64,000 bases of DNA from the NCBI GenBank assembly GCA_963716705.1, contig CAVQTW010000028.1, positions 3,047-67,046 on the forward strand. Direction: 5' to 3'. The notes under the pieces are model-generated. The model saw only the letters and a program-made list of their open reading frames with translations, searched no databases and was not told the DNA's origin. A program made the position numbers and the translations under genes. Each line of letters begins with the position of its first letter. The first letter of the stretch is position 1. The DNA is from an uncultured Alphaproteobacteria bacterium (GTDB lineage: Bacteria > Pseudomonadota > Alphaproteobacteria > Acetobacterales > Acetobacteraceae). This document shows positions 22,872 through 33,167 of this stretch, piece after piece.

Positions 22872-23734
22872 GGCGTCGCTCCCGCAAAGATCGCCGCGGC
22901 AAGGCGGTTGAAGTCGGCCTCGTCGGGCACGGCCTGCGCCAGGTCCCGCCATGCGGCGGCCGCGCGCGCGGTGGCATCGAGCGGCGCGCCGACCGCCGCC
23001 GCGAGGTCGAGCGCCAGCCCCACATCCTTGCGCATCAGCCCGGCCGAGAAGCCGGAATCGAAACTGCCCGACGCGATCCAGCGCGGCCAGTTGACCTCGG
23101 TGGCGGCCGAACGGCCGGAGGCGCCATTGACCACCGGCAACAGCGCCTCGGGCGCCACGCCGGCCGCCGCGCCAAGGCGCAGCGCCTCGGCCGCGGTCAC
23201 CAGGTGTGTGGCGACGAGCAGGTTGTTGACCAGTTTCGCCACCTGGCCCGCCCCCGACGGCCCCACATGCAGGATGCGCGCGGCGAGGTGCTGAAGCACG
23301 GGCCGCGCACGCTCCAGGGCCTCGGTCTCGCCACCCAGCATGATGGCCAGCGTACCGGCGGCCGCCCCCGCCGGCCCGCCCGAGACCGGCGCATCGAGAT
23401 AGTCCACGCCCGCGGCTTTCGCCTGCTGCGCAAAGCCCCGCACCGCGCCCGGGGAGAGCGTCGAGGTGTCCGCGACCACGGCGCCCGCCGGCAGGTTCGA
23501 CAGCAGCGCGCGCATCACCGCCGCCACCGCGGCCTCCTGCGGCAACGACAACAGCGTGACGTCGGCGCCGGCCTCCTCGAGTGAGACCGGCACACTGGCT
23601 CCGGCGGCCGCGGCCTCGGCGCGCTTGCCGGCGTCGAGGTCCCAGGCGCGCGGCGCGATGCCCTGCGCGCGCAGGCGGCGCAGCATCGCCATGCCCATGT
23701 TGCCAAGACCCACCACCGCGACGCCTGACGTCAT
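22868..23734 (-). CDS. NAD(P)-dependent beta-hydroxyacid dehydrogenase (3-hydroxyisobutyrate DH family)
   Basis: VVGLGNMG, DAPVSGG, KLVNN, MRKD. Confidence 0.9.
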   Translation of the reverse strand: MTSGVAVVGLGNMGMAMLRRLRAQGIAPRAWDLDAGKRAEAAAAGASVPVSLEEAGADVTLLSLPQEAAVAAVMRALLSNLPAGAVVADTSTLSPGAVRGFAQQAKAAGVDYLDAPVSGGPAGAAAGTLAIMLGGETEALERARPVLQHLAARILHVGPSGAGQVAKLVNNLLVATHLVTAAEALRLGAAAGVAPEALLPVVNGASGRSAATEVNWPRWIASGSFDSGFSAGLMRKDVGLALDLAAAVGAPLDATARAAAAWRDLAQAVPDEADFNRLAAAIFAGATP

Positions 23735-23965
23735 TGCCACCCTCGATCCAAAGCGGCCGGAAGGTGGCAGCGCGCTGCCGGTGGGGCAAGGCGCGGCAAC
23801 CCAGCGAACGCCGACGCTCCAGCACCCGCGGGCGCGACGTGCAGGCTCGTGCCGGTGCCCAACGTCGCGCACCGGACACCGGCGCCGCACCGCGGGACTT
23901 CGTGCCGGCATCCTCCGCCGACGAGGTGATTCCGCCTGAGGGTGATCTGCTCTACACCCCGGCAG

Positions 23966-24421
23966 ATGGCGCAGATCCCGTTCATCGGCCCGCTTCTCAC
24001 CCGCATCCTCGGCGCCGAGCGCGCCGTGCTGGCGCAGGAATTCCTGCGCTTCGGCGTGGTCGGCGTCGTGGGCTTCGTGGTCGATGCCGGGGTTCTCTAC
24101 GGCATGCTGGCGCTGGGCGCCGGTCTGTATGGCGGGCGCGCGATTTCCTATGTCGCGGCGGCCACCGCGACCTGGGCGCTCAATCGCGTCTGGACATTCC
24201 GCGGGCGCGGCGGCGGCCCCGTGCACCGGCAATGGGCGCTGTTCCTGGTGGTCAACCTGCTCGGCTTCGCGTTGAACTACGGCACCTATGCGGTGCTCGT
24301 GACCTTCGTGCCGGTCGTCGCTGCCCACCCTGTGCTCGGCGTCGCCGCAGGGGCGATCGCCGGCATGTTCACGAATTTCGCGCTCTCGCGCCGCCTGGTG
24401 TTTGCAGCCGGCAAGGCCTGA
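23966..24421 (+). CDS. GtrA family membrane protein
   Basis: EFLRFGVVGVVGFVVD, LNRVWTF, NFALSRRLVF; four hydrophobic segments. Confidence 0.88.
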   Translation: MAQIPFIGPLLTRILGAERAVLAQEFLRFGVVGVVGFVVDAGVLYGMLALGAGLYGGRAISYVAAATATWALNRVWTFRGRGGGPVHRQWALFLVVNLLGFALNYGTYAVLVTFVPVVAAHPVLGVAAGAIAGMFTNFALSRRLVFAAGKA

Positions 24422-24433
24422 GGCGCCGCCGTT

Positions 24434-25642
24434 TCACCGGCGCGTGGGCCCCGCGCGCATCATCCCCAGCAGCGCCAGGAAGAACGCCCCGAAGGCGAGC
24501 TGCAGGCCCAGCAGCATCGATGTGACCGACGCGATCGCGAGGCGCATCGCGCCCATGCCCTCCAGCGGGCCGAAGCGTTCCGCCCCCCAGATGGCGATCG
24601 TCGCAACGCCCAGGCCAAGGCCCAGCACCACCAGCGCCCCCGCCACGATCAGCGCCGGTTCCAGACCGAAACGGCTCAATGCGGCAGTGAGGCGGGGGTC
24701 TTCGGGCACCACCCCCTCCTGCGCGCCATAGACGCGGGCGAATACCCAGAACTGGACCGCCTGGAAGCCCATCACCGTCGCTCCGGCGGCGTACAGAAGC
24801 GTATGCACATCGAAGATCAGCCCCCCCAGATGGGCGGGCCCCGGCAGCAGCACGGCCATCGCGACCAATCCGGCCAGGAACAGGGCAACGCCCGGGTAGA
24901 AAAACAGCCAGCGTGGGCAGAACACCAGCAGGAAGCGCAGGTGCCGCCAGCCATCCCGCCAGGAGCGCAGGTGCGGCGGGCGCGACCGGCCATCGGGCGA
25001 GAGCGTGGTCGGCACTTCCGCCATGCGCAGCCCCTGCACCGTGGCCTTCACCACCATTTCGGAGGCGAATTCCATGCCCGGCGCGCGCAGGTCCAGCGCC
25101 AGCATCGACTCGCGGTTGAAACCGCGCAGGCCGCAATGGAAATCCCCCACCGGGCTGCTGAAGAACACCCGCCCGATGGTCGAGAGCACCGGATTGCCCA
25201 GGTAGCGGTGCAGCGGGGGCATCGCGCCCGGCTTGATGCCGCCCTTGAAGCGGTTGCCCATCACGAGGTCGAACCCCTCCCGCAGCTTCGCCACAAAGGG
25301 GTCGAGCGCGGTGAAGTCATAGAAATCGTCGCTGTCGCCCATGATGACGTAGCGGCCGCGCGCGGCGCGGATGCCATGGATCAGGGCGGCGCCGTAGCCG
25401 CGCTCGGGCACCGCGACAACGCGTGCACCAAGGCCTTCGGCAATCGCCTGGCTGCCATCGGTGCTGCCATTGTCGGCCACCAGCACCTCCCCCGAGACGC
25501 CGCTGCGGGCGAGAAAGCCCATCGCCTTGCTGACGCAGGCGCCGAGTGTCTCGGCCTCATTGAGGCACGGCATGAGGATGGTGAGTTCCACCGCTGCCGG
25601 TTCCTGCGCGTCCTGCGGCCCCTGTGCCTGCGCCATGTCCAT
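24434..25642 (-). CDS. GT2 polyprenol-phosphate glycosyltransferase with C-terminal TM helices
   Basis: ILMPCLNE, VADNGSTD, RGYGAAL, MGDSD (DxD), MGNRF, SWRDGWRHL. Confidence 0.9.
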   Translation of the reverse strand: MDMAQAQGPQDAQEPAAVELTILMPCLNEAETLGACVSKAMGFLARSGVSGEVLVADNGSTDGSQAIAEGLGARVVAVPERGYGAALIHGIRAARGRYVIMGDSDDFYDFTALDPFVAKLREGFDLVMGNRFKGGIKPGAMPPLHRYLGNPVLSTIGRVFFSSPVGDFHCGLRGFNRESMLALDLRAPGMEFASEMVVKATVQGLRMAEVPTTLSPDGRSRPPHLRSWRDGWRHLRFLLVFCPRWLFFYPGVALFLAGLVAMAVLLPGPAHLGGLIFDVHTLLYAAGATVMGFQAVQFWVFARVYGAQEGVVPEDPRLTAALSRFGLEPALIVAGALVVLGLGLGVATIAIWGAERFGPLEGMGAMRLAIASVTSMLLGLQLAFGAFFLALLGMMRAGPTRR

Positions 25643-25941
25643 GACCGTTCCGCTTCTCCCGTTCGGCGCAGTGGCGGTCACTGGCGCACCACAAGTAACA
25701 TCACATTGATCATGGCCGTGATATGGTGTTGATCCCTGGCCGCGCAGGTGCCGAGGCTGGGGTCCGGCACCGGGGCGTGCCACGAAAGCGCCCCTTTCCA
25801 AGCGTTGACACGCTCGGCTCGGGTTGAGACTGACGCGGCCGAAAGCCGCCGCACGGAGGCAGGACGCCAACATGGCGACGCGCAACATGACGGACCGCAC
25901 CCGGGCACGCCCGGCCGCAGGGCGGGTCGGGACAGCCGTGC

Positions 25942-27700
25942 ATGGCGCCTGACCCGAAGGTCCTGCTGGGCGAGAGCGCGGCCTCGTCAACTCCGCTCGC
26001 CCGCGCGGTGGCCGCCTGCCGCAGCCAGTTCATCGCCGTGGGCATGTTCAGCGGCGTGGTCAACGTGCTGCAACTGACCGTCTCGCTCTACATGATGCAG
26101 GTGTTCGACCGGGTGCTCTCCACCCGCAACCTCAATACCCTGCTGTTCCTCACGCTGATCGCCTTCGTCGCCCTTGGCCTGCTGGCACTGCTCGAAGCGG
26201 CCCGCTCGCGCGTGATGCAGCGCATCGGCGCCTGGCTGGAGGAGAAGGTCGCGCCCGAAGGCTTCGCACGCGCGGTGGAAAGCCAGTTGCGTGGCCGTCC
26301 CTACCGGATGGAGGCGCTCCGCGATCTTGGGGTTTGCCGGGGCTTCCTCGGTTCGCCCGGCGCGCTCGCGCTGTACGACGTGCCCTGGGTGCCGGCCTAC
26401 CTGCTGGTCATTTTCCTGCTTCACCCCCTGCTCGGCGTGGTGGCGCTGGCCGGGGCGGTGCTGCTTCTGGGATTGACCGTCGTCAATGAGTTGGCGACCT
26501 CCAAACTGCTGCGCGAGGCCAATACCGCGGCCATGGCGACGCAGCGCCGCGCTGAATCGATCGTCCGCAACGCCGAGGTGATCGACAGCATGGGCATGCT
26601 GCCAGCCGTCATGGCGCGCTGGCGGCTCGGCGTGGCCGAGATGTCCGCGCCGATGAACCGCGCGATGGACCGCGGGGCACCCCTTCTCGCCATCACGAAG
26701 TTCTTCCGCCTGGCGGTGCAGGTCGCGATCCTCGGCCTGGGCGCCTACCTCGTGCTGCAACAGGAACTGACCGCGGGGGCCTCGATCGCCGCCTCGATCA
26801 TCATGGGCCGGGCGCTGGCGCCGGTGGAGCAGATGATCGGCGGCTGGAAGCAGCTGGTGCAGGCAAGGCAGTCCTGGCGCCGGCTGCAGGCCTTCCTGGT
26901 GCTGCCGCGCCTGCGCCCACCCGGCATCGCGCTGCCCGAGCCCAAGGGGCGCCTGGCGGCCGAACGGGTGACCTACGGCTTCCCCGGCACCTCCGTCGCG
27001 GTCATCAAGGGCGTGGCCTTCGTGCTGCAACCTGGCGAGAGCCTGGCCGTGATCGGCCCCTCCGCGGCCGGCAAGACCACGCTGATCCGCCTGCTGACCG
27101 GCACCGTTGCAGCCCATCTCCGGTTCCGTGCGGCTGGACGGGGCCGATGTCTATACGTGGCAGCGGGAGGATTTCGGCCGCCACATGGGTTATCTGCCCC
27201 AGGATGTGGAACTGTTCGACGGCACGGTGATGGACAACATCGCCCGCATGGCCCAGGCCGCGCCGGAAGCGGTTTTCGACGCGGCGAAACTCGCCGGCTG
27301 CCATGAGATGATCCTGCGCCTGCCCAAGGGCTACGAGACCGAGATCGGCGAAGGCGGGCAGCACCTCTCGGGCGGACAGCGCCAACAGATCGGCCTGGCG
27401 CGCGCCATGTTCGGCAACCCCAAGCTGGTGGTGCTCGATGAACCCAACAGCAACCTCGATGGCGATGCCGAAGGCGCGCTGCTGCGCGCATTGCAGGAGT
27501 TGCGCCGGCGCGGCACCACGGTCGTGCTGGTCTCCCACCGTCCCTCGCTGGTGCAGGGGGTCGAGAAGGTGCTGCTGATGCGCGACGGGGCCGTCGAGAT
27601 GTTTGGCCCGCGCGCCGAGGTGCTCAAGAAGATCATGAAGCCGGCCACGCCGATCGCCGCCCCCGCCGGGCGCATCGAAGGCCAGGAGGCGCAGGCATGA
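25942..27700 (+). CDS. Type I secretion ABC transporter (PrtD/AprD family), one frameshift near 27110
   Basis: YMMQVFDRVL, GPSAAGKT Walker A, GYLPQDVELFDGT, LSGGQRQ, LDEPNSNLD. Confidence 0.9.
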
Positions 27701-29097
27701 CCGACGCCGCCACACTTCCTGCCGCTCCGCCGCCATCGGGGCAGGACATCGTGACCCATCGCGAGCGTCTGCCGGCGCTGGAACTCGCGCTGCCGAAGGC
27801 GCCGGAACTGGCGGCGCGCCCACGCACCCGCGGCACCATCCTGTTCGGCTTCGTGGCCATCGCGCTGTTCATCGGCGCCTTCGCCGCCTGGTCGATCCTG
27901 GCGCCGCTGAGCGAGGCCGCCATCGCGCCGGGCATGATCAAGGTGGAGGGCACGCGGCGCACCATCCAGCACCTCGAAGGCGGAATCGTGCGCGAGATCC
28001 TGGTGCGCGACGGCGACCGGGTGACCGCCGGGCAGGTGCTGATGCGCCTGGACGACATCCGCGCCGGGGCGGATTTCGAGACGCTGCGCAGCCAGCGCTG
28101 GTCGCTGATGGCGCAGGATGCGCGCCTGTCCGCCGAACTCGAGGACCGCTCCACCATCACCTTCCCGCCCGACCTGCGCACCGCCACCGAGCCGCGCGCG
28201 ATGGACGCGATGGAAGGCCAGCGCGCGGTGTTCGAGGCCCGCCGCGCCAGCCTGATCAGCCAGACCTCGGTACAGGAGGCGCGGATCGGCCAGCAGGAGG
28301 CGGTGATCGCCGGCGCCACCGGGCAGATGCGCGCCCAGCGCGCCCAGCTCGACCTCATCCGCCAGGAGGAGGAGATCACCCGCGGCCTGGTGCGCCAGGG
28401 GCTTCAGCGCCTGCCCGCGCTATTGGCGCTGCAGCGCACCGCCGCGGCCCTGGAAGGCCAGGGCGAGGACCTCCAGGGCCAGGTGGACCGCGCGACGCAG
28501 TCGATCGCGGAGGCGCGCAACACCGCGGCCAGCATCGTGAGCCAGCGCCGCCAGGAGGTCGCGGCCGAACTGCGCGAGCTGCGCACGCGCCTCGCCGAGG
28601 TCGAGGAGCGGCTTCGCGCGGCGCAGGACGTGGCGGTGCGGCGCGACATCGTGGCACCGGAGGACGGCGCCATCCTGAACCTGCGCCTGTTCAACATCGG
28701 CGCCGTGGTGCGCCCCGGTGACCCGGTGATGGACCTCGTGCCCGCACAGGACCGCCTGGTGGCGGAGGTGAACGTGCAGCCCTTCGACATCGACGTGGTG
28801 CATGTCGGGCTACAGGCGGAGGTACGGCTGCCGGCCTTCAAGCAGCGCCTCGTGCCCTACCTGCACGGCCATGTCACCTTCGTCGCGCAGGACGTGACGA
28901 TCGATGAGCGCACGCGCAGCAGCTACTACCGCGCCCATATCCTGATCGACCCCGAGCAGCTGGCCCGGACCGAGGGCGTCACGCTGGTCCCGGGCATGCC
29001 GGTGGAGGCGATGATCCAGATCGGCGAGCGCAGTTTCCTGCGCTATATCACCCAGCCGGTGCGCGACAGCTTCACGCGCGCCTTCCGCGAGCAATGA
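27697..29097 (+). CDS. Type I secretion membrane fusion protein (HlyD/PrtE family)
   Basis: N-terminal TM helix, IQHLEGGIV, long coiled coil, LVPGMPVE, FREQ end; ATGA overlap with the ABC gene. Confidence 0.93.
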   Translation: MTDAATLPAAPPPSGQDIVTHRERLPALELALPKAPELAARPRTRGTILFGFVAIALFIGAFAAWSILAPLSEAAIAPGMIKVEGTRRTIQHLEGGIVREILVRDGDRVTAGQVLMRLDDIRAGADFETLRSQRWSLMAQDARLSAELEDRSTITFPPDLRTATEPRAMDAMEGQRAVFEARRASLISQTSVQEARIGQQEAVIAGATGQMRAQRAQLDLIRQEEEITRGLVRQGLQRLPALLALQRTAAALEGQGEDLQGQVDRATQSIAEARNTAASIVSQRRQEVAAELRELRTRLAEVEERLRAAQDVAVRRDIVAPEDGAILNLRLFNIGAVVRPGDPVMDLVPAQDRLVAEVNVQPFDIDVVHVGLQAEVRLPAFKQRLVPYLHGHVTFVAQDVTIDERTRSSYYRAHILIDPEQLARTEGVTLVPGMPVEAMIQIGERSFLRYITQPVRDSFTRAFREQ

Positions 29098-29402
29098 CAC
29101 AGGAACGACCAACCATGTCCGACAACCGCCCAGCCGTCTTTGCCGATGGCGTCACCGAAGCGCAGGTCGCCCACGGCGTCGCCCGCATCACCCTTGCCAT
29201 GACCGGCAGCGACGGCAAGGCGGTGCCCTGTGCCACGCTCTGCGTGCCGATCACGCAGCTGCCCGGCCTGGTCAACGGCATGGGCAACCTGCTGAAGCAG
29301 ATCGAGGAACGGGTGAAGGCCCAGGTGCAGCAGCAACCCCAGGCCACCGACGCCGCGCCCGCGTCCGCACCCGCGCCCGGCGCCTTCAAGTTCCAGAACT
29401 GA
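29094..29402 (+). CDS. Small hypothetical protein coupled to the T1SS operon
   Basis: ATGA overlap with the HlyD stop (alternative start at 29115); host-like codon usage; PAVFADGVTEAQVAHGVARITL. Confidence 0.7.
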   Translation: MTQERPTMSDNRPAVFADGVTEAQVAHGVARITLAMTGSDGKAVPCATLCVPITQLPGLVNGMGNLLKQIEERVKAQVQQQPQATDAAPASAPAPGAFKFQN

Positions 29403-29418
29403 GGCGCCGGCTCGCCGA

Positions 29419-30288
29419 TCAGCCCCGCGCCATGCGCACCGTGAGCGGTGCGTGCAGCACGCGTTCCGGCAGCCGTTCGCGTGCCGCCAGGTGCGCGGGC
29501 GTCTCGTCCTTCGCCATGGTGCCGAGCGGCACCACGAGGTCCTCGCGCACGCCGAACACCGCATCGCTGTCCAAATGCGGGTCGTCCTCCAGGAACAGTT
29601 CCGTCACCAGCGCGCGATAGCCCGCCGCCTCGGCGATGACATGCAGGTGGGAGGGCCGCCACGCATCGCGGCCGAGCACCCGCAGCATGTCGCCGGCCGG
29701 CCCGTCATAGGGCACGCCATAGGGCTGCGGGCGCGTCGTGGTGAAGGCGAAGGTGCCATCCGCCGCGCAGGTCAGCAGCGCGTGGTAGTTCTTCGCCGGC
29801 TGGCCGGCATCCTGCACGGCATAGAGGCCGTTGTCGGCGTTCTGCCACAGGTCGAGCGTGGCGCCGGCGACACCCTGGCCGGTCTGCGCATCGAGCACGC
29901 GGCCGGTCACCACCATCACCTCGCCCGGCTGGCCCTTCCACAGGTCCCCGCCATCGGGCAGCGGCGGCGCGCCGCGCTGGTGGAAGGGGCCGAGATTGGA
30001 GCAAGAGGTCGCCCCCGGCGGGGTGTTCACCATGTCCACCAGCGCCGAGACGCCGAGCAGGTCGCTGAACAGGATGAACTCGTTGCGCTCGGGCGTGGTG
30101 ATCTCGCCCGCACGGGTGGCGGCCATCAGCCCGGCCATCCATTCGGCGTGGGTCAGGCGCGTCTCCTTCACGAAGGCGTGCAGGTGCCGCGCGAGGCTTT
30201 CCAGCACCTCGCGCGCACGCGCATCGGTGGCCTGCGCGGCATAGGCGGCGAAGATCTGCGTGATGGTGTCGGGCGATACGGTGCGCAT
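29419..30288 (-). CDS. Intradiol ring-cleavage dioxygenase (hydroxyquinol/catechol 1,2-dioxygenase type)
   Basis: N-terminal dimerisation helices (HLHAFVKETRLT..EW, EFILFSDLLG); Fe ligands in DNGLY, PQPY and RPSHLH. Confidence 0.9.
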   Translation of the reverse strand: MRTVSPDTITQIFAAYAAQATDARAREVLESLARHLHAFVKETRLTHAEWMAGLMAATRAGEITTPERNEFILFSDLLGVSALVDMVNTPPGATSCSNLGPFHQRGAPPLPDGGDLWKGQPGEVMVVTGRVLDAQTGQGVAGATLDLWQNADNGLYAVQDAGQPAKNYHALLTCAADGTFAFTTTRPQPYGVPYDGPAGDMLRVLGRDAWRPSHLHVIAEAAGYRALVTELFLEDDPHLDSDAVFGVREDLVVPLGTMAKDETPAHLAARERLPERVLHAPLTVRMARG

Positions 30289-30297
30289 GGTGGTCCT

Positions 30298-31266
30298 TCA
30301 ATCCGCCGTGGCGCCGGAGGCACGGACCACGCCGGCCCATTTCTCCTTCTCGGCGCGGATATAGGCGCCGAACTCGGCGCGCGAACGGGTATCCGCCACG
30401 AAGCCGAGCCGGTCGAGCATCTGGCGGACCCCGTCGGAAGCGAGCGCGCGGTTCACCTCGGTATTCATCCGCTCGGCGATCGCATCCGGCGTGCCGGCCG
30501 GCGCCATCAGGCCGAACCAGGTCAGCGCCTCGAAGCCCGGATAGCCCTGCTCGGCCACGGTCGGCACGTCGGGCAAAGCGGGGTCGCGGCGCAGGCTGGT
30601 CACCGCGATGCCGCGCAGGCGCCCTTCCCGCACCAGGCCCAGCGCCGGCGGCAGAGAGGTGCTGCCGATCGGCACCTGCGCGCCGACCACGGCGGTGACA
30701 GCCTGCGCCGGGCCGAAGGGCACGTGCTGCACTTCCACCCGTGCGAGCGTGCGGAACAGCAGTTCCATGCCCAGATGCGTGGTCGTGCCATTGCCCGAGG
30801 AGCCGTAGTCGAGCGGGCGCGTGCGCGCCGCCTCGATCAGCTCGGCCAGGGTGCGCACGTCCAGCCTGGCGGGATTGACGGTCACGATGTTGGGCGTGCT
30901 GGCGAGCAGCGCGACGGGCGTGAAGTCATCGACCGCGTCGTAGCCGGCATTTCGGTACAGGCTCGGATTCACCGCGAAGGCCACGGAATGGGCCAGGAAC
31001 ACCTGGCCATCGGGCGGGCTGCGCTTGACCTGCACGGTCGCGATGTTGCCGCCGGCGCCGGGGCGGTTCTCCACCACCACCGGCTGGCCGAGCACCGGCG
31101 TCAGCGCATTGCCGAGCGCGCGCGCCAGCACGTCGGTGGAGGACCCCGGCGGGAAGGCCACCAGGATGCGCACCGGGCGGTCCGGCCAGGCGGCCTGCGC
31201 GAGGCGCGGCGCGGCGAGCAGGCCGGCAGCCGTGGCGAGCGCCGTGCGGCGCGTGAGCTTGGACAT
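30298..31266 (-). CDS. Tripartite tricarboxylate transporter substrate-binding protein (Bug/TctC)
   Basis: WPDRPVRILVAFPPGSSTD, VENRPGAGG, PDVPTVAE. Confidence 0.92.
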   Translation of the reverse strand: MSKLTRRTALATAAGLLAAPRLAQAAWPDRPVRILVAFPPGSSTDVLARALGNALTPVLGQPVVVENRPGAGGNIATVQVKRSPPDGQVFLAHSVAFAVNPSLYRNAGYDAVDDFTPVALLASTPNIVTVNPARLDVRTLAELIEAARTRPLDYGSSGNGTTTHLGMELLFRTLARVEVQHVPFGPAQAVTAVVGAQVPIGSTSLPPALGLVREGRLRGIAVTSLRRDPALPDVPTVAEQGYPGFEALTWFGLMAPAGTPDAIAERMNTEVNRALASDGVRQMLDRLGFVADTRSRAEFGAYIRAEKEKWAGVVRASGATAD

Positions 31267-31391
31267 TGTTGTTCTCCCTGACATTGGCCGATGAGCACGC
31301 CGGTCGCATGGGCGCCGCCGGTGGGCGCCGCCACGGCCGCCTTGTCTCGCCCGGGCACCGGCTGGTTCCGCATGGCGGGGCGCCTGCACCG

Positions 31392-32267
31392 CTACCGCGC
31401 GAAGGCGGGGTCGTCGGCGATGGTGTTGCGCAGCACGCCGATGCCCTCGACCTCGACCTCGACGGTCATGCCCGGGGCGAGGAACAGCGGCGGCTTGCGC
31501 GCATAGCCCACGCCCGAGGGCGTGCCGGTGGCGATCACGTCGCCGGGTTCCAGCGTCATGACCTCCGACAGGATCGCGATGCAGCGCGCGACCGGGAAGA
31601 TCATGTCGCCGGTGGTGCTGTCCTGCACCGTCTGGCCATCCACGCGGGCGGTGATGCGCAGCGGCGCCGCGCCGGGGGGCAGTTCGTCGGCGGTGACGAT
31701 CTCGGGGCCGAAGGCGCCGGTCGCGTCGAAGTTCTTGCCCATGGTCCATTGCGTGGACTTGCGCTGGTAGTCGCGCAGGGAACCGTCGTTGAACAGCGAA
31801 TAGCCGGCGACATGCGCCAGCGCATCGGCTTCGGCCACGCAGCGCGCGGGCGTGCCGATGATGATCGCCAGTTCCGCCTCGTAGTCGAGCCGGTCCGAGC
31901 AGCCCGGCCGCAGCATCGCTCCGCCGGGGCCGACCAGCGAGGACTGCACGCGCAGGAACACCGCCGGGTAGTCGGGAATCGGGTTGCCGCCTTCCTTGGC
32001 GTGCAGCGCGTAGTTCAGCCCGATGCAGATGACCTTGCCCGGCCGCGGCACCGGCATGCCCAGCGTCAGCGACGCCAGGGGGCGGTGCGCGGCGGCCGGC
32101 GCGGCCTGCGCCGCCGCGGCCAGCCGGGCAAGCAGGTCGCCGCCGGCGCCCAGCAGCGCGGCCGCGTCATCGGGGAAGCCCGCCAGCGCGCCGACAGGCA
32201 CCACGGCATCGCCCAGGCGCACGCCCATGGCAAAGCGGCCGCCATTCTCGAAACTCAGCAGGCGCAT
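31392..32267 (-). CDS. Fumarylacetoacetate hydrolase family protein
   Basis: KVICIGLNY..H, LDYEAEL, FNDGSLRD, GKNFD, GDVIATGTPSGVG. Confidence 0.93.
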   Translation of the reverse strand: MRLLSFENGGRFAMGVRLGDAVVPVGALAGFPDDAAALLGAGGDLLARLAAAAQAAPAAAHRPLASLTLGMPVPRPGKVICIGLNYALHAKEGGNPIPDYPAVFLRVQSSLVGPGGAMLRPGCSDRLDYEAELAIIIGTPARCVAEADALAHVAGYSLFNDGSLRDYQRKSTQWTMGKNFDATGAFGPEIVTADELPPGAAPLRITARVDGQTVQDSTTGDMIFPVARCIAILSEVMTLEPGDVIATGTPSGVGYARKPPLFLAPGMTVEVEVEGIGVLRNTIADDPAFAR

Positions 32268-32280
32268 GATGGTCGTTTCC

Positions 32281-32319
32281 TATCGACAAGTCTTTTCTAC
32301 CGTCATTTTTATCGATAAA
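32281..32319. promoter_or_regulatory. Probable GntR operator(s) in the 60-bp divergent intergenic region
   Basis: Perfect palindrome TTTATCGATAAA at 32308-32319 and a related TATCGACAA at 32281, in an AT-rich patch. Confidence 0.55.
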
Positions 32320-32327
32320 TTCAGGCG

Positions 32328-32999
32328 ATGCAAGATGCCACCGAGGAAAGTCTCACCACCCAGGTCCACCGTCGCCTGCGCGACGACCTGCTGCACGGCG
32401 TGCTGGCGCCGGGGGCGAAGCTGAAGGTGCAGGCCATCGCCGCCACCTACGGCGCGGGCGCGAGCCCGGTTCGCGAGGCGCTGTCCTCGCTCGCCGCCGA
32501 GGGGCTGGTGGAGCGTATCGAGGCGCGTGGCTTTCGCGCCGCACCTGCCACCATCGCGGATTTCGACGAGTTGGTCCGCGCCCGCTGCTGGCTGGAGGAG
32601 GTGGTGCTGCGCGAGGCCATCGCCGCCGCCGATGCCGCCTGGGAGGAGGCGCTGGTGGTCGCGCGTTGGCGGCTCGGGCGCACGCCACGCTCGGCAAGCC
32701 CGGCGCGCTTCGCCGACAACCCGGAGTGGGAGGCGGCGCATGCGGGCTTCCACCAGGCGCTGCTCGCCGCCTGCCCCTCCACCACCCTGCGCGGGATGGC
32801 CGAGGGGCTGCGCGAGCGCGCGGAGCGCTACCGCAGCCTGGCCAATCGCGCCGCCTATCCCGGCCGCGACGTGGCAGCCGAGCATGATGCCATCGCCGAA
32901 GCGGCCCTCGCACGGGACACCCCGCGCGCGGTTGCGTTGCTGCAGGACCATTACCGCACCACGGCGGGCTTCCTGCGCGCGGCACTGCGCGAGGGCTGA
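32328..32999 (+). CDS. GntR family transcriptional regulator (FCD domain)
   Basis: N-terminal wHTH (PGAKL...ASPVREAL..LAAEGLV); FCD with FHQAL and EHDAI. Confidence 0.9.
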   Translation: MQDATEESLTTQVHRRLRDDLLHGVLAPGAKLKVQAIAATYGAGASPVREALSSLAAEGLVERIEARGFRAAPATIADFDELVRARCWLEEVVLREAIAAADAAWEEALVVARWRLGRTPRSASPARFADNPEWEAAHAGFHQALLAACPSTTLRGMAEGLRERAERYRSLANRAAYPGRDVAAEHDAIAEAALARDTPRAVALLQDHYRTTAGFLRAALREG

Positions 33000-33167
33000 G
33001 CGCCGGGGGCGCGCCGCGTCACGCGAGGCCCAGGCAGTTCCAACCCGCGACGTGAAGGGTCGAGACCGCGAACACGGCCCGCCGGCGGTCCGGCGAAGCC
33101 AAGGCGAGAGGATGGCCGCCGTCCGGCGCCTGAAGGGTACGACGGCGAAGCCTTCGAGCGCCCGGGA

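Noticed and set aside
33000-33167. GC-rich intergenic stretch between gntR and galE as a possible structured RNA or gene remnant
   Set aside because: No recognisable RNA family motif or convincing ORF; an Rfam or BLASTX search would be needed.
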